In this document: positions 1 through 13,602 of the stretch, piece after piece
How positions within the stretch are numbered: position 1 is the first letter of the stretch
How the letters are laid out: every line of letters begins with the position of its first letter
Assembly (NCBI GenBank): GCA_951406725.2
Contig: OX597818.1
Coordinates: forward strand, 21,018,001 to 21,082,000
DNA length: 64,000 bases
Origin: Octopus vulgaris
Lineage: Eukaryota
Direction: 5' to 3'
Program-made: the position numbers and the translations under genes
Notes under the pieces: model-generated
What the model was told of the DNA's origin: nothing
The model's database searches: none
Seen by the model: only the letters and a program-made list of their open reading frames with translations

Positions 1-153
1 ACCCCTGTGGTCAACTGGTACTTATTTTATTGACGCCCAAAAAGGATGAAAGGCAAAGTTGACCTCGGCGTAATTTGATCTTAGAACATAAAGAGCCGGA
101 AGAAATGTCGCTCAGCATTTTGTCCGACATGCTAACGAATCTGCCAGCTCGCT
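1..153 (-). mobile_element. SINE family B (tRNA-derived), partial
   Basis: Reverse complement has head agcgagctggcagattcgttagc and body gttctaagatcaaattacgccgaggtcaactttgcctttcatcc; many related copies in window. Confidence 0.8.
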
Positions 154-514
154 CCCATTACATCATCATCATTATCATCAACATCCGGTCGGGTGACGTG
201 CCCGGACTAATGCAACTCAGCTACGCCAGTGTCCTGATCGAACGATACAACATGAACGCCTGGCTTGAATTTTAATCACGTTGGGCTTTTACTAGTTGAA
301 AATCTCTAGTCTGCGCACACCACGACCACGGCTGTCTTAACAACAGTAATAATAATATAAGCAAATAGCAAAAGGCAGATTAGTAAAAACTATGAAGTTC
401 CACATCCAAAAACCTTACATACATATTTCCGTCCCTCTAAATTTTGAACCATCCTTGCATTTCAATCTCCCGAAGTCAATAAAATAACGACCTGACATAA
501 ATTTATGGCCCGGT

Positions 515-717
515 ACTCTCTTTTACTCTTTTACTCTTTTACTTGTTTTAGTCATGTGACTGTGGCCATGCTGGAGCACCGCCTTTAGTCGGGCAAATCG
601 AACCCAGGACTTATTTTTTGTGAGCCTAGTACTTATTCTATCGGTCTCTTTTGCCGAACCGCTAAGTTATGGGGCCGTAAACACACCAGCATCTGTTGTC
701 AAGCGATGTTAGGGGGA

Positions 718-795
<78 letters not shown>

Positions 796-958
796 CAACG
801 GGCTTCTTTCAGTTTCTGTCTACCAAATCCACTCACAAGGCTTTGGTCTGCCGAGGCTATAGTAGAAGACACTTGCCCAAGGTGCCACGCAGTGGGACTG
901 AACTCGGAACCATGTAGTTCGTAAGCAAGCTACTTACCTCACAGCCATTCCTACGCCT
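515..958 (-). mobile_element. SINE family A (tRNA head, CORE-like block, internal microsatellite), full length
   Basis: Minus strand: A/B-box-like head, gtggcaccttgggcaagtgtc (CORE-like), internal (TA)n(TG)n, (gtaaaaga)n tail; closely similar to 13764-14185. Confidence 0.9.
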
Positions 959-1704
959 ACGTACATTGAAAAAAAAAAGACTGGTAAGTGAATTAAGATT
1001 ATTGTCAATATGAAAACCTTTGATGAAAGATGAGCAAATGTAAATGTAAAGTGAATATTTTGAGAGTTTAATGAATGTTTTAAACTTATCTAAACAGCAA
1101 TATTAAAAAAAAACACCATCTGTGCCAAGAACACATTTATGGTGCCAGCCAGAACATATGGCTCTGTAGTATTATACTGGAACATACTCGACCTAGATTC
1201 TATAGACTGTAACACTGAAATTATTACATAAGTTTTATATCCAACGACTATACGTTTGAATATCATACAGTAATAGGGAAGTATTGTGATCAGGAGAGTA
1301 GTTTAAGATGGCTGTTATCAATGTTGTCCATTACTTTTCTGACGCACAAGAAAGCTAGCAATGTGCCCTTTGTTGACTGGAATCGCTATACAATTCTCAA
1401 AAGATACTAGATAAAACTTCAAACACTAAATCCTAAAACTGAAACAGCAAAGAAAATAGATATGCTGATGACACATAAAATACCCAAGATGAACAATCAT
1501 AAAAAGATGTCATAATTTTTTTTAAATAACTCTCGCACGGATGAAGAAACCCTGTCTGAACGGGTAACAAAATCTAACAAGATTTCTCATACAAGAACAG
1601 GCTGTTACCACTAGATATATATATTGGTTTCAAATTTTGGCACAAGGCAAAAAATTTTGGGGGAGGGAGGTAAATCAATGACATCGAACCTCGGTGCCCA
1701 ACTG

Positions 1705-2727
1705 GGTTCTTGGTGGTTATCGTCACTGTCTACAATTTTGTTCCAATTGTTTTCAAATTTGGTATGTGGATTAAGTTTTATATACTACTTTTAAAAAGGA
1801 AATTCATTTTTCCTATAAATTCATAATTAAAAAGTTATTAGCTTTTTAAATTTGCAAACTTTGGGTAGTTTAGCCAATCAGAAGCAAGTATTTTTACACG
1901 CCACCGTAAAGTTCTGTTAGCATATTAAACAAAGAAGCACCACGTGTTTCATAGCTGATTGCGAAGAACTCTGTTTCTATAGTAACCAAAGATGCTGCGC
2001 ATGCGTACAAGGAGTGTAACCACCAAATTAAGTGTAATCAACAAATTGAGAATACCTGGGCATCTTTAAAGCGTGAAAACAAACGCCGGTGTGGGACACA
2101 CCGTTCCATGGTTGACTCTTATCTTTGTGAATTTACGTGGAGAAAGAGATATGAGGAAGACAATATATTTTATAAAATTCTATAGTAGATTGCAAATTTT
2201 CGTTCTTGAGTCTTTTTAACTAATAAATGTCTGTTTTAAGTAATATGTCATGACTGTTATTTCTTGCAACTCTTGTTGGTTTGCTCGTAACTTTGAATAT
2301 TTAATTTGCTCGCAAATATTTTAATACTTTTTACTGTTTTCCCTATTTACTTTGCTCGTGTATATTTTAATGTTTTCACTGTTATTTCTAGCAACTCCAG
2401 TTTGTTTGCTCGTAGCTTTTAAATATTTAATTTGCTCGCGAATCTTTTAATGTTTTTCACTGTTTACTGTAGCTAGTTTAATGTTTTGGCATGCCGGTGC
2501 CCCCCACCCCCACCCCGCTCTCGCTACTGTGACAGATGATGTAGGAGGCAGCGAACGCGCTATTTTCTGACTGGCTGAAACATCTGAAAATTATCAAACT
2601 TTGAACACCTGTAACATTTTTGCAAAATTTTTCTGGAATAAACGAATAACAAAAATTACATCTATATGATACATTAAAAACTTTTCTTAAAGATTTCGAC
2701 ATGCAATGACGATAACCCCAAGGATCC
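1705..2727 (+). mobile_element. Merlin/IS1595-superfamily DNA transposon, internally deleted
   Basis: Imperfect ~24 bp TIRs starting GG (ggttcttggtggttatcgtcactg vs revcomp ggatccttggggttatcgtcattg); 8 bp TSD cccaactg/ctcaaatg; internal transposase remnant; ~90 bp direct repeats at about 2252-2340 and 2378-2466. Confidence 0.8.
2042..2185 (+). pseudogene. Merlin/IS1595 transposase C-terminal fragment
   Basis: Manual translation QIENTWASLKRENKRRCGTHRSMVDSYLCEFTWRKRYEEDNIFYKIL*; IE..W...K and SYL.EF.WR motifs typical of IS1595-family transposases. Confidence 0.8.
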
Positions 2728-2905
2728 CTCAAATGGGGCTTATTTTATCGACCCCGAAAGAATGAAAGGCAAAGTCGACCACGGTGGCATTTGAACTTTG
2801 AACGTAAAGGACGATATACCGCGAGGCATTTTGCCCGGCATGCTAACGATTCTGCCAGCTCGCTGCCTTAACCACTATACATACATGCATACATGCATAC
2901 ATACA

Positions 2906-2937
<32 letters not shown>

Positions 2938-2965
2938 CACACACACACACACACTCACAAACACG

Positions 2966-3008
<43 letters not shown>

Positions 3009-3097
3009 ACACACAGATATATATATAGTTGAAATTTACAGAAAAACAGAAGATAAAGACAGGTGTATGAGTTTGATGTTCGGGAAAGTGAGAAAGT

Positions 3098-3133
3098 CTT
3101 GTACGTTTCGAGCCTATGCTCTTCAACAGAAAG
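3098..3133 (-). ncRNA. Minimal type I hammerhead-like motif (degenerate core) in a short PLE-like element (~3028-3165)
   Basis: Minus strand cttt-CTGTTGA-a-gagc(atag)gctc-GAAAC-GTA-caag; same layout as 31848-31884 but A6 is U and stem I has a mismatch. Confidence 0.55.
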
Positions 3134-3168
3134 GAATAAGAGAAAGTAAACAGAGAGAGAATACATAC

Positions 3169-3225
<57 letters not shown>

Positions 3226-3489
3226 GAAGAAAACTTGTGATTTCTACTATATCAACTATATAAATGATAAAACGCCGTCCTTCTAGTGTATTTCCAGGAA
3301 ACAATAAGCCAAAATTTTATCAGGAATTACTACACTAACTTCCATGAAATACATTTGGAGATACAACAACGTAGTACAATGTGCCTGGCTACCAAACTTT
3401 AGCTCCTTATTTTAAAAGATCTCTGGAACTCATATGAAGATTTACCTGTGTTAGAAATGGCAATGCAAAGATATTACAGGCTTCGAATA

Positions 3490-4203
3490 AACTCTCGTAA
3501 AAAGTAGCACAAGTTCAATAGCGTAGTAATAAGCTTACACACACGAAAATGCACTCAGCCTGTCGTTTACAAGTGTCATTGTTTTATTTTGACTGCTTGT
3601 GACAGTTGAACAAAGAGGCGCACTCGTCAACTGTTTGCTACGTTATCTTCACTGCATCTTCACCACATTTGTTGATTGTAATATTGCATTCAATCAACAT
3701 CAAGTCTTTTCTGAGGAAAGAGTGGAGAGTATGGAAGCGTATGTGAGAACAAGTTCTGTTAAACAAACACGAAAAATTTTTGAAGTCAAGTTTCCGGATA
3801 AAGGTTTACTGACAAAGAGAACGATACAAATATTGGTTGAAAAGTGACCCGCTACGAGGTCAGTGCACAATGTCCCAAAACAAAGAGATCCTACAGTTCG
3901 ACCGCCGAAAGTTATTTGGGACACCCGACAAAGAATTACTTGAAGTTCAAAGAAGTCAATACATAAGCAGGAGATCATGCCAACGGGTGTTTAAGGTGTA
4001 AAGTTGATGCCATATCATTTTACATGTGTGCAGCAATTAAAAGTGGATAACAAGAGCAAAAGAGTAAATTATTGCTCATGGCTTCTGAATAGCAGAAATT
4101 ACACGACACTTGTAAATTTGGTGCTTCTTCGTGACTATAAATTTATTTCTGTATTTACATTATGCGACTGAACTTGGACTACTTTTTCGTGTGCCACTCT
4201 GTA
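3490..4203 (+). mobile_element. Degraded Tc1/mariner-type element (N-terminal HTH region)
   Basis: Translation FSEERVESMEAYVRTSSVKQTRKIFEVKFPDK..TIQILVEK with stops; right TIR ends ...gtgccactctgta, degraded left TIR at about 3495-3530. Confidence 0.6.
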
Positions 4204-5555
4204 GTGCTTAGCAATCCGAGAAACATGTCCCCATAACAAAAATTACGATAGTGTACTGATAATAAAACACGAGCAATTCCAAATTATCATAATTTTGTAC
4301 AGAATTTAGCTGAAAAAGAAAGAAATTACACTGTTTTAGCTGTTAACAATTACGGAATATATGTTTCATTTGTAATAGATATAATTGGGCTGATAGGTAC
4401 GTTCTAAATCTGTAAATTTCAACGTCAGGTAGTTTTCTCACACAGCATTTGTTGAATATTTCTTTCTGTTTTCCAAGATGTACGTAAATATTTTTGTTAC
4501 AACATGTGATGCATTTCTCAAACCATGAAAAAAGACAATAATTATTACAAGTACTGCAAAAAGTTATGAGTTGAAATCCTACTCGTGTGAAGCTCCAGTA
4601 TGTACTTTGGACAGGCAGCCGAGGCATCACACGGTCTGTAGACTCTCTCACCTTCCAAACTACAATCGACCTTTCTAATCTCTTGACAAGATGATCTCTG
4701 CTAACCTCGTAGAATCTTCTTCAATGAAATGGCTGTAAATAGCACCCCTGCAGTTAAAGATACCATCTTTTGGTGCCAGTTTAGCTTCCAGCTGCACATT
4801 GAATACACACACACACACAACTACTTACACTAGACTCACAACTACTTATACTCAAATATGAACATTTGTCACTCCAACCCACCAAGACGATCGATTACCG
4901 TAGTGTCTCTTCCTTCACTGTGATCCATCCCCAGCTAACTTCTATATTCGCTAAACACTTCGGGTTTTATTTTTCTCATCTGACTTGATCAACTCCAACT
5001 TAAGAGAATCCGTGACCGAGTTCCTGAAAGGATAATCGCTCTGACTCTGCCTTTCAGACTCTCAAAGGAAACAGATGTAAACAACAACCTCTTTCATCAC
5101 CATGAGTCTCATCTTCCTTACTGGCCATCAATATAGTCAAGCTAACGAGAAATCTACGTAGTTGCGTAACCTACTACACAAGGCAAACAAATATCCCTTA
5201 AATCCCTGCTCTATTTAAAAAAGGGAAGGATAGGTTGAATAACATGAACCTTGAAAAAAGACTCGATGGTTTTGATTGGAAAGCATTTGATCTTAGCCTG
5301 CTGAACAGAGGCAATAACCGGAAATTAAACAATAATAACCAATACAAGTTTTTTTTTCCCAATCACAAGCTCCGAGATCAACTTTTCCTTTCATCCTTTC
5401 GCGATCGATAAAATAATTTCAGGGCAATTCTTTGAAGGAATTCTTGAAGCATCAAACGAGATGAATTGTAGCATTTGTTCTGTCTCTTGATGCTTTAAGT
5501 TTTTGCGTGGTAGGGTTAATCCGTCGACCACCGCCTGTTCTCTGAATACCTTTAA

Positions 5556-6005
5556 TACGATTAAATAAGTACCAGTTACGCACTGGGGTCAATATAATCG
5601 ACTTAATCCATTTGTCTGTCCTTGTTTGTCCTTTCTGTGTTTAGCCCCTTGTGGGTAGTAAAGAAATAGGTATTTCTTCTGCCGCTACGTTCTGAGTTCA
5701 AATTCGACCGAGGTCGACTTTGCCTTTCATCCTTTCGAGGTCGATTAAATAAGTACCAGTTACGCACTGGGGACGATATAATCGACTTAATCCATTTGTC
5801 TGTCCTTGTTTGTCCTTTCTGTGTTTAGTCCCTTGTGGGTAGTAAAGAAATAGGTAATTCGTCCGTCTTCACGCCTGAGTTCAAATTCTGCCAAGGCCTA
5901 CTTTGAGCTTCATCCTTTCGAGATCGAAAGGTCTGGGGTTGATGTAATCGACTTATACTCTTCCTTAAAATTGTTGGCCTTGTCCCAAAATTTGATACCG
6001 TTATT
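5556..6005 (+). mobile_element. Head-to-tail SINE B array (184 bp period)
   Basis: Junction aaagaaata|ggta at 5668/5669 and 5852/5853; last unit carries the alternative (older) tail. Confidence 0.85.
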
Positions 6006-6348
6006 ATTAATTTTGTTCATTATGTACGTATGTATTCATCAGTATTTTAGTTATTCTATTCAATTTTAGAAACATCGAAGCAAGTCGTTGACATTTCCGA
6101 AGCGTATTTGAACTTATTTTGTACGTGACTTTTGGTCCATCCTGTACATGTGGTGACAGAAACATCAGGAACACTTGTACTTCTAGTCACCACAATCATC
6201 ATCACGTTTCACTACCAGAAGCAGACCCAAACAGATATCAACCACCAACAACACCATAACCATTACTACTAGATTACTCTGCCAGGAGACAGATAGGGCT
6301 AGACAACTAATATATTGGAGCTAGTCAAATCTCTTCCTCTCTCTCTCC

Positions 6349-6412
<64 letters not shown>

Positions 6413-6475
6413 TCTTTTCGTTTGTTTCAGTCATTAAACTGCGGCCATACATGTGTGTATGCGCGCACACGCCTC

Positions 6476-6549
<74 letters not shown>

Positions 6550-8144
6550 ATTACATGTATAAGATCTAGTATTTTTCATTCGCAAAATATGCATTTTTTA
6601 AAAGGAAGTAAAAAAAATCTGAAAATCGGTTATAATAATGTAGTCTTCCAGTCTCATTGCTGTGAAGGTATGATGTGGAGAAAAGAATTGGCGGAAAAAG
6701 TTACAGAGGTTTAAAAATCGGAAAAACTGTATTTTTAGCCAATAGCGAGACAGAAATTTTCTGCGTTTAGTGGAGCGGTGTCAACTTTAAGGTTGTACCC
6801 TGTGAAATTTATAATTTAGCGCTTGACCTAGTCATTGTCGGTTTCTAAATAAACAGAAATACCTAATAAAATTAACATGTATCATCTTTACTGTTTCATT
6901 TGTCTCTTCATTGATTGTATGTTTTTATTATTTTGTAAAGTTTGTTATATTGATATATTTGTCTGCGTGTGTTTACTTTATGCGTATTTCAGTATTATGT
7001 ACACCTGTCATGTATTTGTGTACATCATTTATATAAGTGAGCGCGCGTATGTGTGAGAAAAGGGTGCGTTTATCTCCACATCTTCAAAGTTGAGTAACGT
7101 TTTCATGCTTGGATTTGTAAACTACGATAAGAATAACACTGGTCAACAAAGAATTTGTCCCAAGAAAAAGAATACCTGTATCCTATATGTTATTGCATGC
7201 AGAATTAAAAAATAATGTCAAATTATCTGTATCACCCACAGTTTCTTTGTTCCACGATATACCTCTCAGTTCCTGCTATGTGGGCTAAATTTCAGTTAAG
7301 CTGTTGAAATGTAAAGCTAACAGTTTAAGAAATACTCCTAATTTAAATGTTTATGACTAGAATTAACCTAGTGAAATCATAAATCCAGCTATCTGAGTCA
7401 ATGAGTCTCTGAAGCTTGGCAATACTGAGTCGATGAGTCACCTATGCCCTGCCACCAGAACTGCGACTACCACCACCACAAGTACCACTATCATCACCAT
7501 TAATGTCACTGCTAACCACTACTAACACCACTACCACCAGTAGCATAGTTAGTGAGTGTCCCGCCCGGAGCAGCCTCTGAGTTTGCTCTCACTTTGCATT
7601 TCAATACAGCTAATACAAGTATATAGAGCAAACCCCAAATTGCCACTCCATGAACAAAAGCGTGGCCCGGGGAGGGACCGTCTAGCTACCCATTAGATTC
7701 GCTTCTAACCACCACCACCACCACCACTAATATTACTATTACCAAACAAAAAAATTTTTTTAATCACAAGAGGATGACACTAAACATTCCTTTCAAAATA
7801 TTTCCTCTTCATTCCATTTTTTTTACTCATTGAATTAAATATAAATACTTTGTAACGCACACGTGATTTTGATCATGTAAGCATATATGCAAACATAAGT
7901 CATATATATATGTGTATGTGCGTGTGTGTGCGTGTGTGTGTGTGTTGATATAGTTAATGTATAGATTAACAGACCGTAACTAATAGTTCCATAACCGACT
8001 AATAATGGCTTACACCAGTTATACAGAAGGTTGGTCACGTGATACAGAAGTAGTTCAGGCTGAATTTTTTAATATTCCATGGCACCATTTGCATTTTAGT
8101 AAAATCAGTTACCAAGAACGAGAAAACCATTGAACTTCTACATG

Positions 8145-8288
8145 AAGCATGGGCAACCTTCTTAGAAAAGTGGGCCGCGTGAAACATGGTGCTTTATGTA
8201 GCAGGCCACGCGACTAAAAGATTCAAGATAATTTTTCGGAAGGCGTACCATTTAGAAAGATTTAAGGGTCGCCAGTTGCCCATACTTG
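8145..8288. mobile_element. Short degraded hAT-like MITE
   Basis: Inverted ends aagcatgggcaac / gttgcccatacttg with gggccgc-like subterminal motifs. Confidence 0.45.
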
Positions 8289-8401
8289 CTGCGTTTTTCT
8301 TCTTTTTTTTTTCATTTATTTCACTAGCCTTGTATAAAATTAAAATTTAAAACAATCGCATAAAAATAGGTATTCTTTTAATCTTTTATTTGTTTCAATC
8401 A

Positions 8402-8432
<31 letters not shown>

Positions 8433-9572
8433 CATACATACATACATACATACATACATACATACATACACACGATGCAGTACCAGGTAGTGACTCTCAT
8501 GGCTTTTTATCGTAACTGATTGGAAATGTTATCAGGTACATTGTTTTGTCTTGCTATAAAAGATGGGCTACAGTAAATATTCAGCTCAATACCACATACT
8601 TACTTGCCAGTTGTTTGACATTAACCAGTTGAGCATATCCCTTCGTAGCTGACGATATGTGCGTCTCTGATCATGGGCAGCAGTAGTGGAAGAGAGCCAT
8701 GTGTTGAGAGGAATTCTTTGGGTTTTGGATAATTCACCTTTGGAAACATGGGTGTTTCAGTCAACATCTTCAAACAATCCTTATTCAGGGACCTTTTGAG
8801 CGGGATGGGCTACTCGACCTGAAGTAAATTCTAACAGGGGCCCCACCTGCAAGGTCATGCGCTGTTTATCTTGATATGCGATCACCATGTCGCGCACATA
8901 CAGTTGTGATGCATGTGTCTGGTGTACTTTTATCAGACGGGTAGTTATGATGGGTATACTGGGCTTCGTATATTTTACTCCAGTGAAGTAGTTCACTATT
9001 GAGAATGTATTATTCAGGCTAGTGAAGCCATCGAAAAGGATTATAGTAAAAAATTATCATCTTTTTCATGACGGCCTGAAAGAGAGCACTTTATGCAAAA
9101 GCATTTTTTAAATATGCTTTTAATGGGCAAACAGGACTGTTAGTGCATCAGATAATGTGCATACCAGCATTTCTCCCGGCTTCTTACGTTCTAATTTGAA
9201 AATTTGTTACACTTTAATTATCTGTGCTTACTATTTATCCAGTCAGTGTTAAGTTATGTAAAACTGTTAGTTACTCGATTTTTTTCAAACCATTCTTTGC
9301 TTACCTTAGAATTCAGTAGAATCAGCCCTCTTTTCTCCAAAGCGATCCTTTCACGTTGCATGCAAAATGATAGCCATACTGTGAAATATCACAAACTTCA
9401 CTACAACATTTTCTATTTTGGACATCAAGACATACTTTTAACAAGCACTCTATTTTTTAGCTATACCACTTCCTCGCTTTTTAGTATGACTCGTAAACCC
9501 GGGGTCTCGTAAAGCGGGGCCTCGTAAATCCCGGGCATTGCTATCGAGTATTGCTGCAAGTTAATTTTATAT

Positions 9573-9945
9573 ATCTTTTATCTTTTACTTGTTTCAGTCA
9601 TTGGACTGCGGCCATGCTGGGACACCACCTTGAAGGATTTAGTGGAACATATTGCTCCCAGTACTTATGTTTTTTTTTTTTTTAACTTGTACTTATTCGA
9701 TCGATCTCTCTAAATTTCGGGGATGAAAGCAAACCAAAACCGGCTATCAAGCGGTGATGAGGGACAAACACATACATACAAATATATATACGACTGGCTT
9801 TATTCAAATTCCGCCAATCAAATCCACTCACAAACCTTTTGATCGGACAGGGGCTATAGTAGAAGAAGCTTGCCCAAAATGCCGCGCAGTAGGACTGAAC
9901 CAAAACCGTGTGGTTGGGAAGCAATTTTTTAGCCCACACAGCCAT
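9573..9945 (-). mobile_element. SINE family A, diverged
   Basis: Colinear with 515-958. Confidence 0.8.
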
Positions 9946-11155
9946 TTGGGATGTTTCACCACGTTCAATTAATTATGTTCTACTCATTATACTCCACCAA
10001 CTCTCACCTTCCTAACTCCTCACAATCTTCATCATTATTTTTAGCTTTGGGGTAAATATTCTATCGGGCACCAATTTTTTTGTTTTGTTGTCAAAGGAAC
10101 ACTTCAAGCCATTTTAGAAGTGCTATAGCAGGAAACTATACTACGTTCATCTACTAAACACACCTACTTGCACTAAACACTTAAGCATTTCCTTCTCCAT
10201 TTATAGAGAAGAAAAAAACATTATTATTGTATTATTGAATGGGCAATGGTGGAAACAAGTAATAACAGCTGTTGTTACTGGTTATGATGGTGGTGGTGGT
10301 GGTGGTGGTAGTGGTCTTGGTGCTGCCACACTTGTTCAAGTCGCTGCTTTTATTCATCACTTGTGCTGTCGTTTTGGGGACATACGTCAAGTGAATTTAT
10401 GACTTAAATGTCACAGATTATGCTCGAGCTCTTGTGTGTTGCTTGTGCGTATACACAAGTAAATAAAGCACGATAGTAAATAAATAACTTTTAACAATGT
10501 ACAATGTACAACAATTTGCATAGCCATTGTTGCAGTTTTTACATGAAGACAATTGCTTTCTGTATAATGTTTAGCAGGACTTATGATCAAAGGCATTCCA
10601 TTATGACCATTCGTCATTTTTTTTTAATGATATTATAATTTTTTTTTTCTGCTTTTGTTGAGACAGTCGAATGTGATTTGGAGGTAAGTAGTTTGCTACT
10701 CCTTGCAGGTTGAGAGACCGCGCAGATACTCCTTGCTTGGGTCTTCCTGCTGTTGTTTTCATCTACCAAGAGTTCTGGTATTTCTAATCTCCGTTAAAAC
10801 GTTATCGTCTGATGAGAAGATCAAATCTTAATGATTATTCTTTTCATTAATGTCCTGCTTGCAGTCAGAAAATCATCATCCCAGAATATTGTTACTTTTC
10901 TATCCTCCTGCATTGCTTTACTAAGCACATGCTCATACCAATTCTTTGTAACTTCGAATTAGTATTTACAGCATAAAGGCCAATGAAAGTACAAATAGAC
11001 TTTATCATGGCGGCGCTTGTATTCTTTATACGTAAGGCTCTCACATCAAGTGGATTACATTTTCAACATTCTTTTCACGGAGTCTGCATTTTTGGATGTC
11101 AGAAGATCGTCATCATCATCATCATCATTACCATTACTACCACTATCATCATTAT

Positions 11156-11210
<55 letters not shown>

Positions 11211-11476
11211 TCATGGCTCAAGTATTACAAAAAGAGAATCATGACATGTGACATGTCATCCACATCAATAGCTCGTGTGTAGGCGGACGGTTTAAAAACT
11301 TAGAAAACACATTTTAAATAGGCTTTTGAAAAGTCATTGTATGATTATAATTTTTTAAATGTCTAAAGAAAGACTTGTAGAAAAATTGTTGCATATGTGG
11401 CACGAATTTACATACACAACCGTATTGTACGAACCTATATACACACATACATACATACATACATACATACATACAT

Positions 11477-11531
<55 letters not shown>

Positions 11532-11954
11532 GGCAGGCTGACGGACAGATTGATAGGCAGACATGATTATTGCATCATTTTGTTAGACAGCCATCTCATT
11601 AAAGAGATTTACAGTGACATACGTTTGTATGACACGTACAAGCGTAATCTCCGCATTAACTATTGTTAAATATATCGGTAACAAAGAGAAGCCAAATAAT
11701 TGGAAGCTATACCAACTGCAGATTTTATATCAAGTCTTCTAAATATTTCCAGTTGACAGATACCCTGGTAGGAGTTTGATGTTTGAAATTTCTTTCTACA
11801 AGTGATTTTACTGGGCAACTCGATACAAACCTCGATAAATCCATCGATCGATCCATCCATCCATCCGATCATCCATCCATCCATCTATCCATCTATCCAG
11901 CCAGCCAGTCAGCCAGCAAGCCAGCAAGCCAGTCAGTCATCCATCTATCCATTC

Positions 11955-12535
11955 AGACTGTTCCTGGGGATCGTGCCTCAGAGACCTCCTCCATAGGGTC
12001 CTATCAGAAGCAACTATCATTACACTTTGCCAAACCCGACCAACTGAGACTATCGATATTATCCAACTATCTCTTTCTCGGCCTACCTCGACATCTGCTC
12101 CCGACTGGCTCTGCTTGAAGAATACGTCTTGAAATTCTTTCCTGCGACATTCTGATCACATGTCTATAGTACCGGAGGTGTGACTTCTCAATACGGAGAA
12201 GTGGCGGCTCAACATGGTGAGGATCCCTGATTTCCCAGCTGTGCACCCTGTTGAGTAACGTGACTCCAGAGATCCTTTGGAGGCACCTCCATTTCGGTCG
12301 CTAGTATTCGCGTCGGTACTCTTTGGTCATTACCTAACATTCATGATCATAGGTGAGGGGGATAGGAGCAAAAACCGGGTTGAAGATAGCGAGTTTGGCT
12401 TTTTTTGCCAAGCTCTCCTTTCTGAAGACCGAATGCTGAAGATGGAGCGTTATTTTGATATCCCCTGCAAGTCTGACAGCCAATTCAACCTCCTGCCTTC
12501 CATCACTTGTGAATACAGCTTCAAGATACATAAAT
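11955..12535 (-). mobile_element. RTE-clade LINE, 3' fragment of ORF2
   Basis: Translation YLEAVFTSDGRQEVEL..KAKLAIFNPVFAPIPLTYDHEC*VMTK..RISGVTLLNRV..LRYYRHVIRMSQER..RGRPRKR*LDNI, characteristic of the RTE ORF2 C-terminus, with stops. Confidence 0.85.
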
Positions 12536-12584
12536 TTTTTTCACTTTTCACAGAGTGTATTTGCATGTGTATCTATCTATCTAA

Positions 12585-12651
<67 letters not shown>

Positions 12652-12917
12652 CATATCTATCTATCTATCCATCCATCCATCTAGCTATGTGTGTGTGTAT
12701 GTGTGTGTTACTCAATGCATCAAAGTGTTCCCTAATGATCCGTTGTGGTTGAGCATCTAAATGCACTTGAATGAAACACTTATTGCAGGGCTCCAAACAA
12801 CCATAATGGTGAATCACATGTAGGAACAATATTATAACACACACATGCATACATATGCACGCGCGCGCTCACACACTCACACATACATACACACACACAC
12901 ACATATAGAGAGAAAGA

Positions 12918-12973
<56 letters not shown>

Positions 12974-13099
12974 CATCCTTTTCCAAGTAAGAGAGAGAGA
13001 GAGAAAGAGAGAGAGGTAAATGTCAGAATAAGCTAGTTAGATCAAAATATAAAGTATATTAAAAACATGGAATACAGAAAATGTATATATGTTTATATA

Positions 13100-13330
13100 C
13101 AAAAATTCTGACTTACACATAGTACAAATGATATAGAGAATTAAAGGGGTTGAAGAAAAGTATTGCAAATTCATCTCGTTTCTAGGGTCTCGGTGGTCCA
13201 AAATAATGTTTGTAGATTGATTCCATCGTTGGATTAGACCTGCCTCCATCTTCAAAGAAAAGATCTAGCATTTGAAATGTTGATAGAAAGAAGTTCAAAG
13301 ATGGAATGATTTTGTGGAGAGTTCGTGGAG
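13100..13330 (-). pseudogene. Possible PLE GIY-YIG endonuclease C-terminal remnant
   Basis: Frameshifted translation FELLSINISNARSF / KMEAGLIQRW..NIILDHRD loosely resembles the F.IL....N....EA.LI....LN end of PLE endonucleases. Confidence 0.3.
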
Positions 13331-13560
13331 AGTATTAGAGGGGCAATTGGGGAAGCATTTAAATAGGGAATAGTGGGAGTAAAAAATGAATTTCAAGAGT
13401 GAAGGGTAATAAAGAGGGTAGTGGGGAGTTATAGTAGCAGAAATAGAAGGTAGGAGGATGTGGGGAGAGTTGTGTAGGCAGTACGTGAATGATAGTCTAT
13501 TGTGTTATTTTGTATGAAGGCTATAGAGTTAATGGTAGAGGTAGTGAGAAGGGGAATGAA

Positions 13561-13602
<42 letters not shown>

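Larger units (their letters stand above)
1621..2869 (-). mobile_element. SINE family B split by a Merlin insertion (pieces 1621-1704 and 2728-2869)
   Basis: The two pieces join into one colinear SINE B when 1705-2727 and one TSD copy are removed. Confidence 0.8.

Noticed and set aside
5556-6005. Regularly spaced repeats suggestive of a CRISPR array
   Set aside because: Eukaryotic context; the units are whole SINE bodies without unique spacers, and no cas genes are present
8483-8985. Non-microsatellite ~500 bp block that looks like an interspersed repeat
   Set aside because: Single copy in this window with no coding motif or termini I can demonstrate; left unannotated
10659-10690. Micro-exon-like ag|tcgaatgtgatttggag|gtaagt
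   Set aside because: Region resembles the degraded repeat seen at about 48975-49050; probably repeat-derived
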